DNA from: Candidatus Pacebacteria bacterium UBA1364
Lineage (GTDB): Bacteria > Patescibacteriota > Microgenomatia > UBA1400 > PJMF01
Direction: 5' to 3'
NCBI GenBank assembly: GCA_002306345.1
Contig: DBRQ01000009.1
Coordinates: forward strand, 85,197 to 149,196
DNA length: 64,000 nt
Shown here: piece by piece, positions 9,261 to 18,408 of the stretch
How positions within the stretch are numbered: the stretch's first letter is position 1
How the letters are laid out: each line of letters starts with the position of its first letter
Notes under the pieces: model-generated
Databases searched by the model: none
The model's input: the letters and a program-made list of their open reading frames with translations, nothing else
What the model was told of the DNA's origin: nothing
Position numbers and translations under genes: made by a program

Positions 9261-10961
9261 GTGCACAAACTCCATCGCCTGCAAACTAAATTTAGTGGGT
9301 TGCGCTATAAACTAATTAATGCACGAAAGGAGCCATCTGATCGACAGTTTTTAGTGAGACTAGCGATTTGCTCCATCTTTTTTTTAGCTTTTTGTTTGCG
9401 TTTTACTCACTTAAATTGGGATGAGGGTTATTATTATCATCCAGATGAACGTAATATTGCCGCCGCCATTAGTCGCCTCGAGTTACCACAACAAAACAAC
9501 CCCGAATTTTATGCTTACAATGGTTTTCCACTTTTTTTTCTGGATATTGTGTCACAAATTGTGAGTTATCTAACACATAATCCAGATTGGTTGACCGATT
9601 GGCCTAAAATTATTTTATTAACAAGAATATTTTCTGCTGCTTGCTCATTCATTAGTGTTCGGCTCTGTTATCGTATTGCTTTAAAGGTTTTTCGCCCAAA
9701 AATTGCCATTTTGACCACTTTTATCGCTGCTACTACCGTTGGCTTGATTCAATATGCTCACTATGGAGTAACAGAGAGCCTTTTAGTGATGGAAGTGCTT
9801 TTACTTAGTTTGTTATCGATGCAATTAATGGAAAATAAAAAGAAAATTAATTTATTCTGGTTGGCAGTTGTTTTTGGAGTAAGTGTAGGGACTAAAACTT
9901 CAGCTTTATCTTTTATTTTAATTCCAGCTTTAGCTATTTTGATGACCTATGGCTTACGTTGGCGCACTGTCTTAATGGGTATTTGCTGTTCACTTGTGGC
10001 GGCAGCAGTTTTTTATGGTGTTTCTCCCAACACTATCCAACATTTAGATAAATTTTTAGAATCAATGCGCTATGAGGGAGGGGTAGTTAGAGGCGAATTT
10101 TTAGTGCCGTATACCATGCAATTTATTGATACACCCATATATTTATTTCAAATTAAAAATCTGTTTTGGCAAACTTCAATTAGCACAATGTTATTGGCTT
10201 TTTTTGGTTTATTTTTACTTTTTAAAAATGGTAAAAAATATCGTTTGTTGCGGCCATTGTTACTCTATTCTTTTTTGTATTTTGTCTACGTTGGTTCTTG
10301 GCATGCTAAATTTATTCGTTATATGTTGCCAATTGTGCCAGCAATCATTTTTTTATCTGGCATTGCTCTCAATCAATTGACTCTTCAACTTAAAAAGCCT
10401 CGATTAAAGCAAACTTTAATTTTAATTGTTTGTGCAGTTAACGTTTTTTGGGCGTTAGCCTATGTGAAAGTTTTTATCAAACAATCCACTAGAATTACCG
10501 CTTCTAAATGGATGTATCAGTATATTCCTAATCAGAGCACTGTTTTAACTGAGCACTGGGATGATGGTTTACCCAGCATGTCAGAAGATGGTTTCTCGTT
10601 TAATCATTTGGAATTAAAGCTTTATGACTACGACGATCAAGCAAAAGTTCAAGAGTTAGCCGACACTTTGAGTCAAGGTGATTATTTGGTAATTTCTAGT
10701 CGTCGCTTAACTGGTTCGATTCCACGCAATCAGGCATTTCCTTACACAACAAAATATTATCAGTTGTTATTTAGTGGTGATCTAGGTTATGACCAAGTAG
10801 CTATTTTTACTTCGTACCCCAATTTTTTTGGTTTAAACATTAACGATGATTCAGCCGAAGAAACTTTTCAAGTTTATGATCATCCAGTGGTAAAAATTTT
10901 TAAAAATATTGGCCATTTTTCTAGCGGCAAAATTGAATCGTTGATTTTGAGTAGCAAGTAA
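9261..10961 (+). CDS. GT-C fold membrane glycosyltransferase-like protein (ArnT/PMT-like)
   Basis: 566-aa polytopic ORF with a GTG start. The first loop carries an acidic motif (WDEGYYYHPDERN). There are about 10 or more TM helices and a C-terminal soluble domain. Confidence 0.7.
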   Translation: MHKLHRLQTKFSGLRYKLINARKEPSDRQFLVRLAICSIFFLAFCLRFTHLNWDEGYYYHPDERNIAAAISRLELPQQNNPEFYAYNGFPLFFLDIVSQIVSYLTHNPDWLTDWPKIILLTRIFSAACSFISVRLCYRIALKVFRPKIAILTTFIAATTVGLIQYAHYGVTESLLVMEVLLLSLLSMQLMENKKKINLFWLAVVFGVSVGTKTSALSFILIPALAILMTYGLRWRTVLMGICCSLVAAAVFYGVSPNTIQHLDKFLESMRYEGGVVRGEFLVPYTMQFIDTPIYLFQIKNLFWQTSISTMLLAFFGLFLLFKNGKKYRLLRPLLLYSFLYFVYVGSWHAKFIRYMLPIVPAIIFLSGIALNQLTLQLKKPRLKQTLILIVCAVNVFWALAYVKVFIKQSTRITASKWMYQYIPNQSTVLTEHWDDGLPSMSEDGFSFNHLELKLYDYDDQAKVQELADTLSQGDYLVISSRRLTGSIPRNQAFPYTTKYYQLLFSGDLGYDQVAIFTSYPNFFGLNINDDSAEETFQVYDHPVVKIFKNIGHFSSGKIESLILSSK

Positions 10962-11305
10962 AAAGACAAATCTTAATGGTTTAAAAACATCACCATGGGA
11001 AACTACTCAGAGTTACCACTGCGACTACTCAGCTTTCTCCAACCGATATTGGTGGGATAATTGTGCGACAAGTAGAAAATTACATCACAGGTTAAAACAG
11101 TGCTTTATCAATCCTTTTTACAGATGTTTGCTCTATAAATTTGTCTGAAAAAAAACGAATCACATACACTACTTCAATTAGGGAGTGCGCAAATTCAATT
11201 ACGAACTGATATGAGTTAAATATCATAGTTTTTAGGGCGAATGAAAGTGTAAAGGCAAGAACTGATACTAATTTGAAAGAGTATTTTTTACTTGTTAAAA
11301 CAAAA

Positions 11306-11380
11306 TGGTGACCCCATCGGGAATCGAACCCGAGTTGCAAGGATGAGAACCTTGTGTCCTAACCGCTAGACGATAGGGCC
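11306..11380 (-). tRNA. tRNA-Glu (anticodon CUC), CCA encoded
   Basis: Minus strand reads GGCCCTA-TC-GTC-TAGCGGTTAG-GAC-A-CAAGG-TTCTCAT-CCTTG-CAAC-TCGGG-TTCGATT-CCCGA-TGGGGTC-A-CCA. This folds as a full cloverleaf with a GTTCGAT T-loop. Confidence 0.92.
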
Positions 11381-11519
11381 GAACTTAAAGATAAAAAGGC
11401 GCCAAAAAAAACAAAGTCCCCTGTAGCAAGCTGCAGGAAAACCTATTTGATTATAGCAAAAAAGCCTCAAACCTGTAAGCGCTACACTTCTTGTAATCTA
11501 AGCGCTTCATAATGGCTTA

Positions 11520-12464
11520 ATGATTTTCATTTTAGTTTTATTAAGCGGGCTTTTTTGCACAACGATCTTTTTAGAAAAAGTGGAAGCTAAGGATTTTTCT
11601 TACCAATTTATTCTTACTGACAACACGATTGCTCTAGATTTTTTTACGATTGTCAATTTGCCAGTCGCAAATCCCTCTTCCAACGCTGTGAGTCCCATTG
11701 ATCCGAGTAGTTCTATAACTTTAACTCCTACAGTAGCTACCACGATAACTCCCACGGTAGCTACCACGATAACTCCTACAGAAGTACCCAAGCCGACAGA
11801 CCCTTTTCCGACAGACTCTCAGCTGCCTGTCAATCCAACCTCCGGTCCCGCAGCTTCAGCCCAAATTCTTTCCTTTGACTATAAAATGACTAAAAATCAA
11901 GATATACCAACTGATTTACCACTTTTTATAGTGACTTTTGATCAAGAAGTTATTTTTGCGGCTGACGCTAGTACAGCTGACGGCTTATCTCATCAAGTGC
12001 AATTAGATCTTAAACTTTTTGACCCAAATTATTTAAGAAAAGTACCAATATTTTATCAAAATAATTATATTAATGATTTTACGCTCAGTTTAAATAATTT
12101 AGCCTTTAGCGACCAAATTTTGGAGCCAACTAATAAGCTTTGCCAAATTCAAAATCTCAGCGCGATTAGAGAAGTTGATCAATCTTTAACTATTATTTTT
12201 TCTTTAGAAGAAGAAACTAAAAATCAACGTTTATATAAACTTTTTTGTCTTAATGAAAGACAAGAGATGACACACTTCACCAGACTTGTGCAAAAAGATA
12301 ATTTTCTTTGGCCTACTTTCACTTTTTTGAGCTTTTTATCTAATCAAAAAAATGAACTTATTTTTCACTTAGATGAATTTGAATGTGAGGGATTGGTTTA
12401 TGTAGCAGACGATTTTGGTACAAAATCAGAACAAGTTTCAATTGTAAACGTAGAGGAGTTATGA
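11520..12464 (+). CDS. Secreted hypothetical protein with Thr/Pro-rich tandem repeat linker
   Basis: Signal-peptide-like N-terminus (MIFILVLLSGLFCTTIFLEKVEA), a TPTVATTI repeat, and a Pro/Thr/Ser-rich linker. Stop overlaps the next start (ATGA). Confidence 0.7.
   Translation: MIFILVLLSGLFCTTIFLEKVEAKDFSYQFILTDNTIALDFFTIVNLPVANPSSNAVSPIDPSSSITLTPTVATTITPTVATTITPTEVPKPTDPFPTDSQLPVNPTSGPAASAQILSFDYKMTKNQDIPTDLPLFIVTFDQEVIFAADASTADGLSHQVQLDLKLFDPNYLRKVPIFYQNNYINDFTLSLNNLAFSDQILEPTNKLCQIQNLSAIREVDQSLTIIFSLEEETKNQRLYKLFCLNERQEMTHFTRLVQKDNFLWPTFTFLSFLSNQKNELIFHLDEFECEGLVYVADDFGTKSEQVSIVNVEEL
11724..11781 (+). repeat. 24-nt in-frame tandem repeat, about 2.4 copies (ACTCCTACAGTAGCTACCACGATA)
   Basis: Units at 11724-11747 and 11748-11771 differ only at two synonymous third positions (CCT/CCC, ACA/ACG). 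A partial third unit follows. Confidence 0.9.
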
Positions 12465-13135
12465 AAGAAATTAAACTTGATTGTTTTTTGGGGACTGAAA
12501 GTTGTGCAGTTATTTCCTCTCAAAATAAATTAATTCTAGATAATCCTACAGACAGAGAATTGACTTTGGAGGTTTTTAATCATCGTGATGATGATTGCCA
12601 GCTTGTTGTTACGGCTAAAAATTTAAAACAAGAAACAACTGCTTTGTTATCGCAAACTAATTTATTAATTACTAGTGACGAGCAATTAATTTTTCAGGAT
12701 AATTTGGCAGAATTTTTGACAAAAAATATCGATTTTCAATTAATTACTGCTCAGACAAACAGAAAATATTTATTTAATTTTGATTTTTTGAATTTAATTT
12801 TAGCAAAAGAAAAAAAATTTTTGATCACCTTTGACCTATATTTTGACTTTCGTTGTCAAAAAGCTCAAATGAAGGTAGATGCTCCAGAAGCAAGCCAAAG
12901 GACAGTCGCAACAGAAAACGAAGCAATTGATCAAACTAGCCAGACAGCAGTGTTAGCGGCCAATGACGGTGTCAAAGAACAGCTCACTGTTAATAGCAAG
13001 ATAACAAATCAGACTAATTCTTTTTGGTTTTCAACACTTTTTTATCTACTGTCAGGCTTGTTTATTATAATTTTTTTTGTCATAATTAAATTTGTTCATG
13101 GCAAAAAAAGCAAAAAAAAGCAAAAAAAAAGCTAA
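12461..13135 (+). CDS. Hypothetical surface protein with C-terminal TM anchor and poly-Lys tail
   Basis: 224-aa ORF translationally coupled to the upstream gene. C-terminus is FWFSTLFYLLSGLFIIIFFVIIKF plus HGKKSKKKQKKS. Confidence 0.65.
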   Translation: MKEIKLDCFLGTESCAVISSQNKLILDNPTDRELTLEVFNHRDDDCQLVVTAKNLKQETTALLSQTNLLITSDEQLIFQDNLAEFLTKNIDFQLITAQTNRKYLFNFDFLNLILAKEKKFLITFDLYFDFRCQKAQMKVDAPEASQRTVATENEAIDQTSQTAVLAANDGVKEQLTVNSKITNQTNSFWFSTLFYLLSGLFIIIFFVIIKFVHGKKSKKKQKKS

Positions 13136-14021
13136 TTTTCTATTTAGATTAAATCACCTTTTTAAACCACAAGCCTCAAATAAATATCGCTCAGAACTTT
13201 TGCATCCCCAAGCATTGCTCGTTCTGTCGTTTATTTTATTGGCTGGCTTTTCTTTTTTTAATATTTTGCGATTTTTTCCAAGTTTAACTGATAAAGTTTT
13301 GGGATTTAGTTCCAATATTAATGTCGATGGTTTACTGGTTAAAACTAATGAAGAACGGGCAAAGGCAAATTTAACCCCTTTAGTTATGAATGAAGAATTA
13401 AATCAAGCAGCCTTGGCTAAAGCCCAAGACATGTTAAACGATCAATATTGGGCGCACGTTGCTCCGGATGGCAAACAGGCTTGGGATTTTATCAAAGAAA
13501 CAGAATATGTTTATAAATATGCAGGAGAAAATTTAGCTAGAGATTTTAGCAATAATGAAGAAGTAATTAAAGCATGGATGGCTTCACCTACTCATCGGGA
13601 AAACATTCTTAATCAAGATTTTACGCAAATGGGTTTGGCGGTAGTGAATGGCAATTTAAATGGGGCTAATACTACTTTGGTGGTGCAAATTTTCGCTGTA
13701 CCCTCAGCAGTAACCATGAAAGATAATGCTGGCGCAGAATTTCATTTACCTAAAGCGGCTGAAAAAACTGATCAAAAAAATGAATTAGTAGCTGGAGAAA
13801 AAACTACTAATCGTGAAGTCGTTTTTTCTCCCCTCAATTTAACTAGAGCCTTCTTTCTGGTAGTTGTTTTGCTGATTATTTTAACCTTACTCTATGATTC
13901 CCTAGTAGCTTCAAATCGCAAATACGAGCGTTTAGTAGGACAAAATTTTGCTCACATTGCTCTTTTAGTTACCGTGGCTTTTTTACTGGTTTTCTTTAAG
14001 GGAGGAGTGGTTTTGCCATGA
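13098..14021 (+). CDS. CAP/SCP/PR1-like (YkwD-type) domain protein with N- and C-terminal TM segments
   Basis: Motifs QAALAKAQDM, YWAHV, GENLA and MASPTHRENIL. ATG 13098 is preferred over the TTG at 13092. The N-terminal Lys-rich stretch overlaps the previous gene's tail. Confidence 0.8.
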   Translation: MAKKAKKSKKKANFLFRLNHLFKPQASNKYRSELLHPQALLVLSFILLAGFSFFNILRFFPSLTDKVLGFSSNINVDGLLVKTNEERAKANLTPLVMNEELNQAALAKAQDMLNDQYWAHVAPDGKQAWDFIKETEYVYKYAGENLARDFSNNEEVIKAWMASPTHRENILNQDFTQMGLAVVNGNLNGANTTLVVQIFAVPSAVTMKDNAGAEFHLPKAAEKTDQKNELVAGEKTTNREVVFSPLNLTRAFFLVVVLLIILTLLYDSLVASNRKYERLVGQNFAHIALLVTVAFLLVFFKGGVVLP

Positions 14022-14275
14022 AAAAATTTTTGAAACAAAATCAATTGGCCTATTTATTTTTGTTTATTTTGCTTGCTGCTTTTGTTTTTTTATTTATGAG
14101 GGCCTGGCCTGATAAACAAATGCAACGTTATATAGCCATAATTTTTGGAACTCTGTATTTTATTTGGGGAGTTATTACTCACCTTAAAAGTAAAAAAATT
14201 AATAGTGAAATTGTTTTTGAATATTTATCCATTGCTATGTTGGCAACATTAGCGATCGTTTTGATCACTTTATAA
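14018..14275 (+). CDS. Small hypothetical membrane protein
   Basis: 85 aa with 3 hydrophobic helices. The start overlaps the upstream stop (ATGA). Confidence 0.55.
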   Translation: MKKFLKQNQLAYLFLFILLAAFVFLFMRAWPDKQMQRYIAIIFGTLYFIWGVITHLKSKKINSEIVFEYLSIAMLATLAIVLITL

Positions 14276-14337
14276 GTCGTGACTTGTTTTTAAAAATAGA
14301 TCGTGTTAGTTTTGACTAGCAAGAAAAGAAAGGTGAT

Positions 14338-15084
14338 ATGGCAGATAAAGAAATGAAAGGCATTATATTGGCTGGAGGAGCTGGCACACGACTTTATCCG
14401 TTAACCAAAGTAACTAGTAAACAGTTATTACCGATTTATAATAAGCCGATGATTCAGTATCCGCTCGAAACTTTGATACGGGCCGGAATTAAGGACATTT
14501 TAATTATCGTTGCTCCTGATCATGCTGGAGATTTTTTGAAATGTTTGGGGAGCGGCAAAGAATATGGTTGCCATTTTACTTACGAAATTCAAGATAAACC
14601 CGAAGGCATTGCGCAAGCCTTTATAATTGGTCGAGATTTTATTGATCGCGACAATGTGACGCTCATTTTGGGTGATAATCTTTATGAAGATGATTTTTCA
14701 ACAGCGATTAAAACATTTGTAAGTGGTGGACGTGTTTTTGCCAAAAAAGTCAGCGATCCGCAACGCTTTGGAGTAGTTGAATTTGATGAAAATAATAAAG
14801 CTATTTCCATCGAAGAAAAGCCTAAAATGCCCAAATCGCAATACTCTGTCACTGGACTTTATATTTATGACTCGACCGTCGTAGATAAAGTTAAAACTCT
14901 TGCTGTTTCGACTCGTGGAGAATTGGAAATTACTGATTTAAACAATCTTTATCTACGAGAAGGTAGCTTAGACGTAGCCTTTGTTAAAGGTAGATGGTTT
15001 GATACTGGTACTTTTGAATCTATGTATGAGGCTATTTCCTTTGCTAGAGATAAACATCTAGCCAAAGCAGCGCAGTCACTGTAA
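14338..15084 (+). CDS. Sugar-1-phosphate nucleotidylyltransferase (short RmlA-like glucose-1-phosphate thymidylyltransferase)
   Basis: GIILAGGAGTRLYPLT...SKQLLPIY N-terminal signature, GDNL, and EKP motifs. At 248 aa it is shorter than classical RmlA. Confidence 0.85.
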   Translation: MADKEMKGIILAGGAGTRLYPLTKVTSKQLLPIYNKPMIQYPLETLIRAGIKDILIIVAPDHAGDFLKCLGSGKEYGCHFTYEIQDKPEGIAQAFIIGRDFIDRDNVTLILGDNLYEDDFSTAIKTFVSGGRVFAKKVSDPQRFGVVEFDENNKAISIEEKPKMPKSQYSVTGLYIYDSTVVDKVKTLAVSTRGELEITDLNNLYLREGSLDVAFVKGRWFDTGTFESMYEAISFARDKHLAKAAQSL

Positions 15085-15085
15085 A

Positions 15086-15964
15086 ATGATTTTCATGCAA
15101 AGATTAGTGTTTTTTTTTCTAGCGTTTTTTCTTCTAACTTCACCAGTGTGGGCAGAAGAAGCTTCCGAAGTAACGCAAGAGCCGACTATTCAAGCGACAG
15201 AGGCAGCAGATCCCAATTTAAAAACCAGTATTATTTGGGAGCGTGAACGACTGGATCAAGAAATTGCCACGATCAAAGCGACCTATCAATCTCAACTAGA
15301 GACTTATTTATATCAAGATAAATTGTACCGAATTGCTTACGACCAACATAAACAATTACAAACTTTAGTTTCAATTGAAGACTTGACTCAAAAAGCAAAA
15401 ACTTTGGGTATTTCAAGAGACGACGTTTTAATTAGTTATTTAGATTTATTAAGATTAAATTTAATTGCCACAGAAGGGATTGAGTTGTCCCTTAAGGCGG
15501 AATATTTAACACAATTGGAAACTACTATTGATTACATGAAAAATCATCAGGAAAATTTGAAAAACTTAAGCAATAGAGATCAAGTGGCTTTATCATTGAG
15601 TACCTTTACTGCTGATCAACAAAATATTGAGAAATTGGCTAATGGAGTACTAGTTTTATTGTCAGTTGGTAATTTACAAATCATTTACGATAAAGCGGTA
15701 GCTCTTAAAACAGACATTGATGCTTATTTAAATATAAAAGGAACTTTTAATTTACCAGAAATTGATCGAGCTAGTAAGGAAACTAATCGCAGTTTGAATT
15801 CTGCCAAACTAAAACTCGACACTTTTTGGGCAGATGCGCTCAATTACGGTGGGAAGAGTGGATATTTGGCTTCATTTTATGATAATTTGCCTTCAGAAAT
15901 GAACCCTGTTTATGTTAACTTGTCTCAATCTATTTCTTATTTGAGTGAATTACTAAGTATTTAA
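15086..15964 (+). CDS. Secreted hypothetical helical protein
   Basis: 292 aa with a signal peptide (FFFLAFFLLTSPVWAEEA). The rest looks helical/coiled-coil. Confidence 0.6.
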   Translation: MIFMQRLVFFFLAFFLLTSPVWAEEASEVTQEPTIQATEAADPNLKTSIIWERERLDQEIATIKATYQSQLETYLYQDKLYRIAYDQHKQLQTLVSIEDLTQKAKTLGISRDDVLISYLDLLRLNLIATEGIELSLKAEYLTQLETTIDYMKNHQENLKNLSNRDQVALSLSTFTADQQNIEKLANGVLVLLSVGNLQIIYDKAVALKTDIDAYLNIKGTFNLPEIDRASKETNRSLNSAKLKLDTFWADALNYGGKSGYLASFYDNLPSEMNPVYVNLSQSISYLSELLSI

Positions 15965-15968
15965 AAAT

Positions 15969-16328
15969 ATGTCTTGGCGTAACGAAAATAACCAGATTAA
16001 TCAAACTGAATTTGCTGAGCAAGCCCAATTTTTGGAGGATCAGCCAACTAATTTTTTTCACTTTAAAGATTTGAAAAAAAACAAAAATTTAAGGCCTTTT
16101 TACCTTTTGGCCCTTGTGTTTTTTATTCTAGTTGCCTTGTTTTTAGTGCAAGCTTTTTCTCAAAAGCCGCCTGAGGATGAAGTAATTAATTATCGAGTGG
16201 CCGAAGATTTACAGTTGGATCCACTTAATCAGCGTGTTTATGAATTAAAAGAAAATTTAAAAATGCACGATCCAACTAAGCAAAGTTTACCTTTTCCAGA
16301 GGTTGATTTGAAATTTAATATCAATTAA
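15969..16328 (+). CDS. Hypothetical single-pass membrane protein
   Basis: 119 aa with a central TM helix (FYLLALVFFILVALFLVQAF). Confidence 0.55.
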   Translation: MSWRNENNQINQTEFAEQAQFLEDQPTNFFHFKDLKKNKNLRPFYLLALVFFILVALFLVQAFSQKPPEDEVINYRVAEDLQLDPLNQRVYELKENLKMHDPTKQSLPFPEVDLKFNIN

Positions 16329-16348
16329 AATCTTTAAGAATTAAAACT

Positions 16349-16903
16349 ATGCCGATACATAAGGCTAATTATTTAGAAAAATTTGAAAAAACTTTAAATC
16401 ATGCACGGGATGAATTTGCTACTTTGCGCACTGGCAAAGCCAGTGCGCAACTATTAGATAGTGTTACTGTAGAGGCTTATGGCAGTAAAATGTTTTTGCA
16501 TGAAATAGCTTCTATTTCTACTCCAGACACTCAACTTTTAATCATTAAACCATGGGATAAGAGTTTATTGTCTAATATAGAAAAAGCTGTTCAATTAGCT
16601 CAATTAAATTTAAATCCTGTGGTTGACGGAGAAATTGTGAGGATAGCCGTACCTGCTTTGACTCAGGAAAGAAGACAAGAAATGGTCAAAATTTTGCAGC
16701 AAAAAACAGAAGAAGCCAAAGTGATGTTGCGCAATGTACGTGCTGATTTACGTCGTGATATTGAAAAACAAAAAGGCGAGGCTGGGATTAGTGAAGACGA
16801 TATTAAAGTTGAAATGGAAGAATTAGATGAGGTGGTGCGGGAATATGTTGCTCAGTTAGAAGCGATGGCAAAAAAGAAAGAAATAGAACTTTTAAATATT
16901 TAA
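16349..16903 (+). CDS. frr: Ribosome recycling factor
   Basis: 184 aa with LRTGKAS, PWDKS and LTQERRQEMVK motifs. Confidence 0.93.
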   Translation: MPIHKANYLEKFEKTLNHARDEFATLRTGKASAQLLDSVTVEAYGSKMFLHEIASISTPDTQLLIIKPWDKSLLSNIEKAVQLAQLNLNPVVDGEIVRIAVPALTQERRQEMVKILQQKTEEAKVMLRNVRADLRRDIEKQKGEAGISEDDIKVEMEELDEVVREYVAQLEAMAKKKEIELLNI

Positions 16904-16922
16904 ATAGACAAATGAGCTTTTT

Positions 16923-18035
16923 ATGGCAGCTTTAATTTTTATAGTTATTTTATCTGTGTTAGTGATTGTCCATGAGGGTGGACATTTTCTTCTTGCTAAA
17001 AAAAATAAAATTGCGGTGACGGAATTTGGTTTTGGTTATCCTCCTAGGATTTTAAAGCTTTTTCATTGGCAAGGAACTCTTTTTTCGCTTAACTTAATTC
17101 CTTTTGGTGGTTTTGTCCAAATGGCGGGGGAAAATGGGCCAGGAGAAGATGCCGGAGATGCTGACGATTCGTTTTATAACAAGTCTATGCGAGCCAGATT
17201 AAAAGTTGTTCTCGCCGGTGTGTTTGCCAACTTAATTTTTGGTATTTTAGCCTTTGCGGTTGTTTTTTATAAGTTGGGTATTCCTGTTGAATTAAATGGG
17301 CAAGCTAGAATTGCGGAGATAGCTCCAGATTCTCCAGCTGCTTTAGCCAATTTGACGAGCAATACCAATATTTTAGCTTTTAAAGTTAATGAACAATGGG
17401 TAGAAATGCAGGATATTACTCAAGTGCAAACTTTTGCTAGCGCTCATTTAGGGGAAACAGTGGCTATTAGAACATCTTTACCTTGTGAGGAGACCAAATG
17501 TCCCGACGAGTATCAAGAACATAGTATCTATTTAAGAACCAAAGAAGAAACCCCCAGCGATGAGGGGGCAATAGGGGTTGTTTTCAGTGAGATTATCTAT
17601 AAAAAATATCCGTGGTATTTAATGCCCTTGATGACTATTTTTTATGCTTTTAAACAATCTATTACTCTCAGTTTATTAATTATCCAATCTTTATGGCAGC
17701 TAGTACTTGATTTATTTGCAGGCCGAGGTATGCAACAAGAGGTGGCTGGCCCAATTGGGATCATTGATCAAGCCAACACTTATGGTTTTTTTGAGGAAGG
17801 TTTTTTGAGTATTATTAATTTTACTGCTGTTTTATCCATTAATCTTGGTATTATAAATCTATTGCCTATTCCAGCCCTAGATGGAGGGAGAGCTTTTTTG
17901 ATTATTTTAGAAAAGTTTTTTAAGAGAAAAAAAATTGACCAAATTGGCAACTATTTAAATTATTTTGGTTATTTCTCTTTGGTGGCTTTAATGATTATTG
18001 TTTCTTTTAATGACATTAGGAATGTTTTAAGATAA
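16923..18035 (+). CDS. rseP: Site-2 (M50) intramembrane zinc metalloprotease RseP-like
   Basis: HEGGHF (HExxH), a PDZ-like middle region, and NLLPIPALDGG. Confidence 0.9.
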   Translation: MAALIFIVILSVLVIVHEGGHFLLAKKNKIAVTEFGFGYPPRILKLFHWQGTLFSLNLIPFGGFVQMAGENGPGEDAGDADDSFYNKSMRARLKVVLAGVFANLIFGILAFAVVFYKLGIPVELNGQARIAEIAPDSPAALANLTSNTNILAFKVNEQWVEMQDITQVQTFASAHLGETVAIRTSLPCEETKCPDEYQEHSIYLRTKEETPSDEGAIGVVFSEIIYKKYPWYLMPLMTIFYAFKQSITLSLLIIQSLWQLVLDLFAGRGMQQEVAGPIGIIDQANTYGFFEEGFLSIINFTAVLSINLGIINLLPIPALDGGRAFLIILEKFFKRKKIDQIGNYLNYFGYFSLVALMIIVSFNDIRNVLR

Positions 18036-18040
18036 GTTAT

Positions 18041-18301
18041 ATGAGTAAAAGAAGGAGCAAAAAAGATCGGATACACGCTAAACATCATTTTATTGATGCA
18101 GCAGCTTCATCCATAGGAGATGTAAGCACAGTTAGTACGCTTTTGCAGAGTCAACAATCAGAAAAAGATTCTTCCAAGAATTATTTACAAGAAATTTTTG
18201 CTTATGATCCTCGGCTAATTATTAGAGATTTAAAAAAAACTTTTTTTGTTACTCTGTTTATTTTAGTTATTTTGTTAATAATTACTTTAATATATACTTA
18301 A
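18041..18301 (+). CDS. Small tail-anchored hypothetical protein
   Basis: 86 aa with a basic N-terminus and a C-terminal TM helix. Confidence 0.5.
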   Translation: MSKRRSKKDRIHAKHHFIDAAASSIGDVSTVSTLLQSQQSEKDSSKNYLQEIFAYDPRLIIRDLKKTFFVTLFILVILLIITLIYT

Positions 18302-18408
18302 AACCTAATTTTAAATATTAAGAAAGGAAAAAGTTGGTCTTTTGTAAGCAAGCTCTGATTGCCTGAAGAGGTTTTTTTCAAGGGGTTTGGGGCAAAAAAG
18401 GTCAATTT

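Noticed and set aside
11092-11340. 82-aa minus-strand ORF
   Set aside because: Its first ~12 codons are the tRNA-Glu gene body (11306-11380). There is no RBS and no recognisable motif, so it is most likely a chance ORF in AT-rich DNA.
14338-15084. Treating the RmlA-like gene together with rfbB/rfbD as a complete dTDP-L-rhamnose pathway
   Set aside because: The gene lies 35 kb from rfbBD, is the short ~250-aa nucleotidyltransferase type, and no rfbC is present in the window. The pathway assignment is therefore left open.
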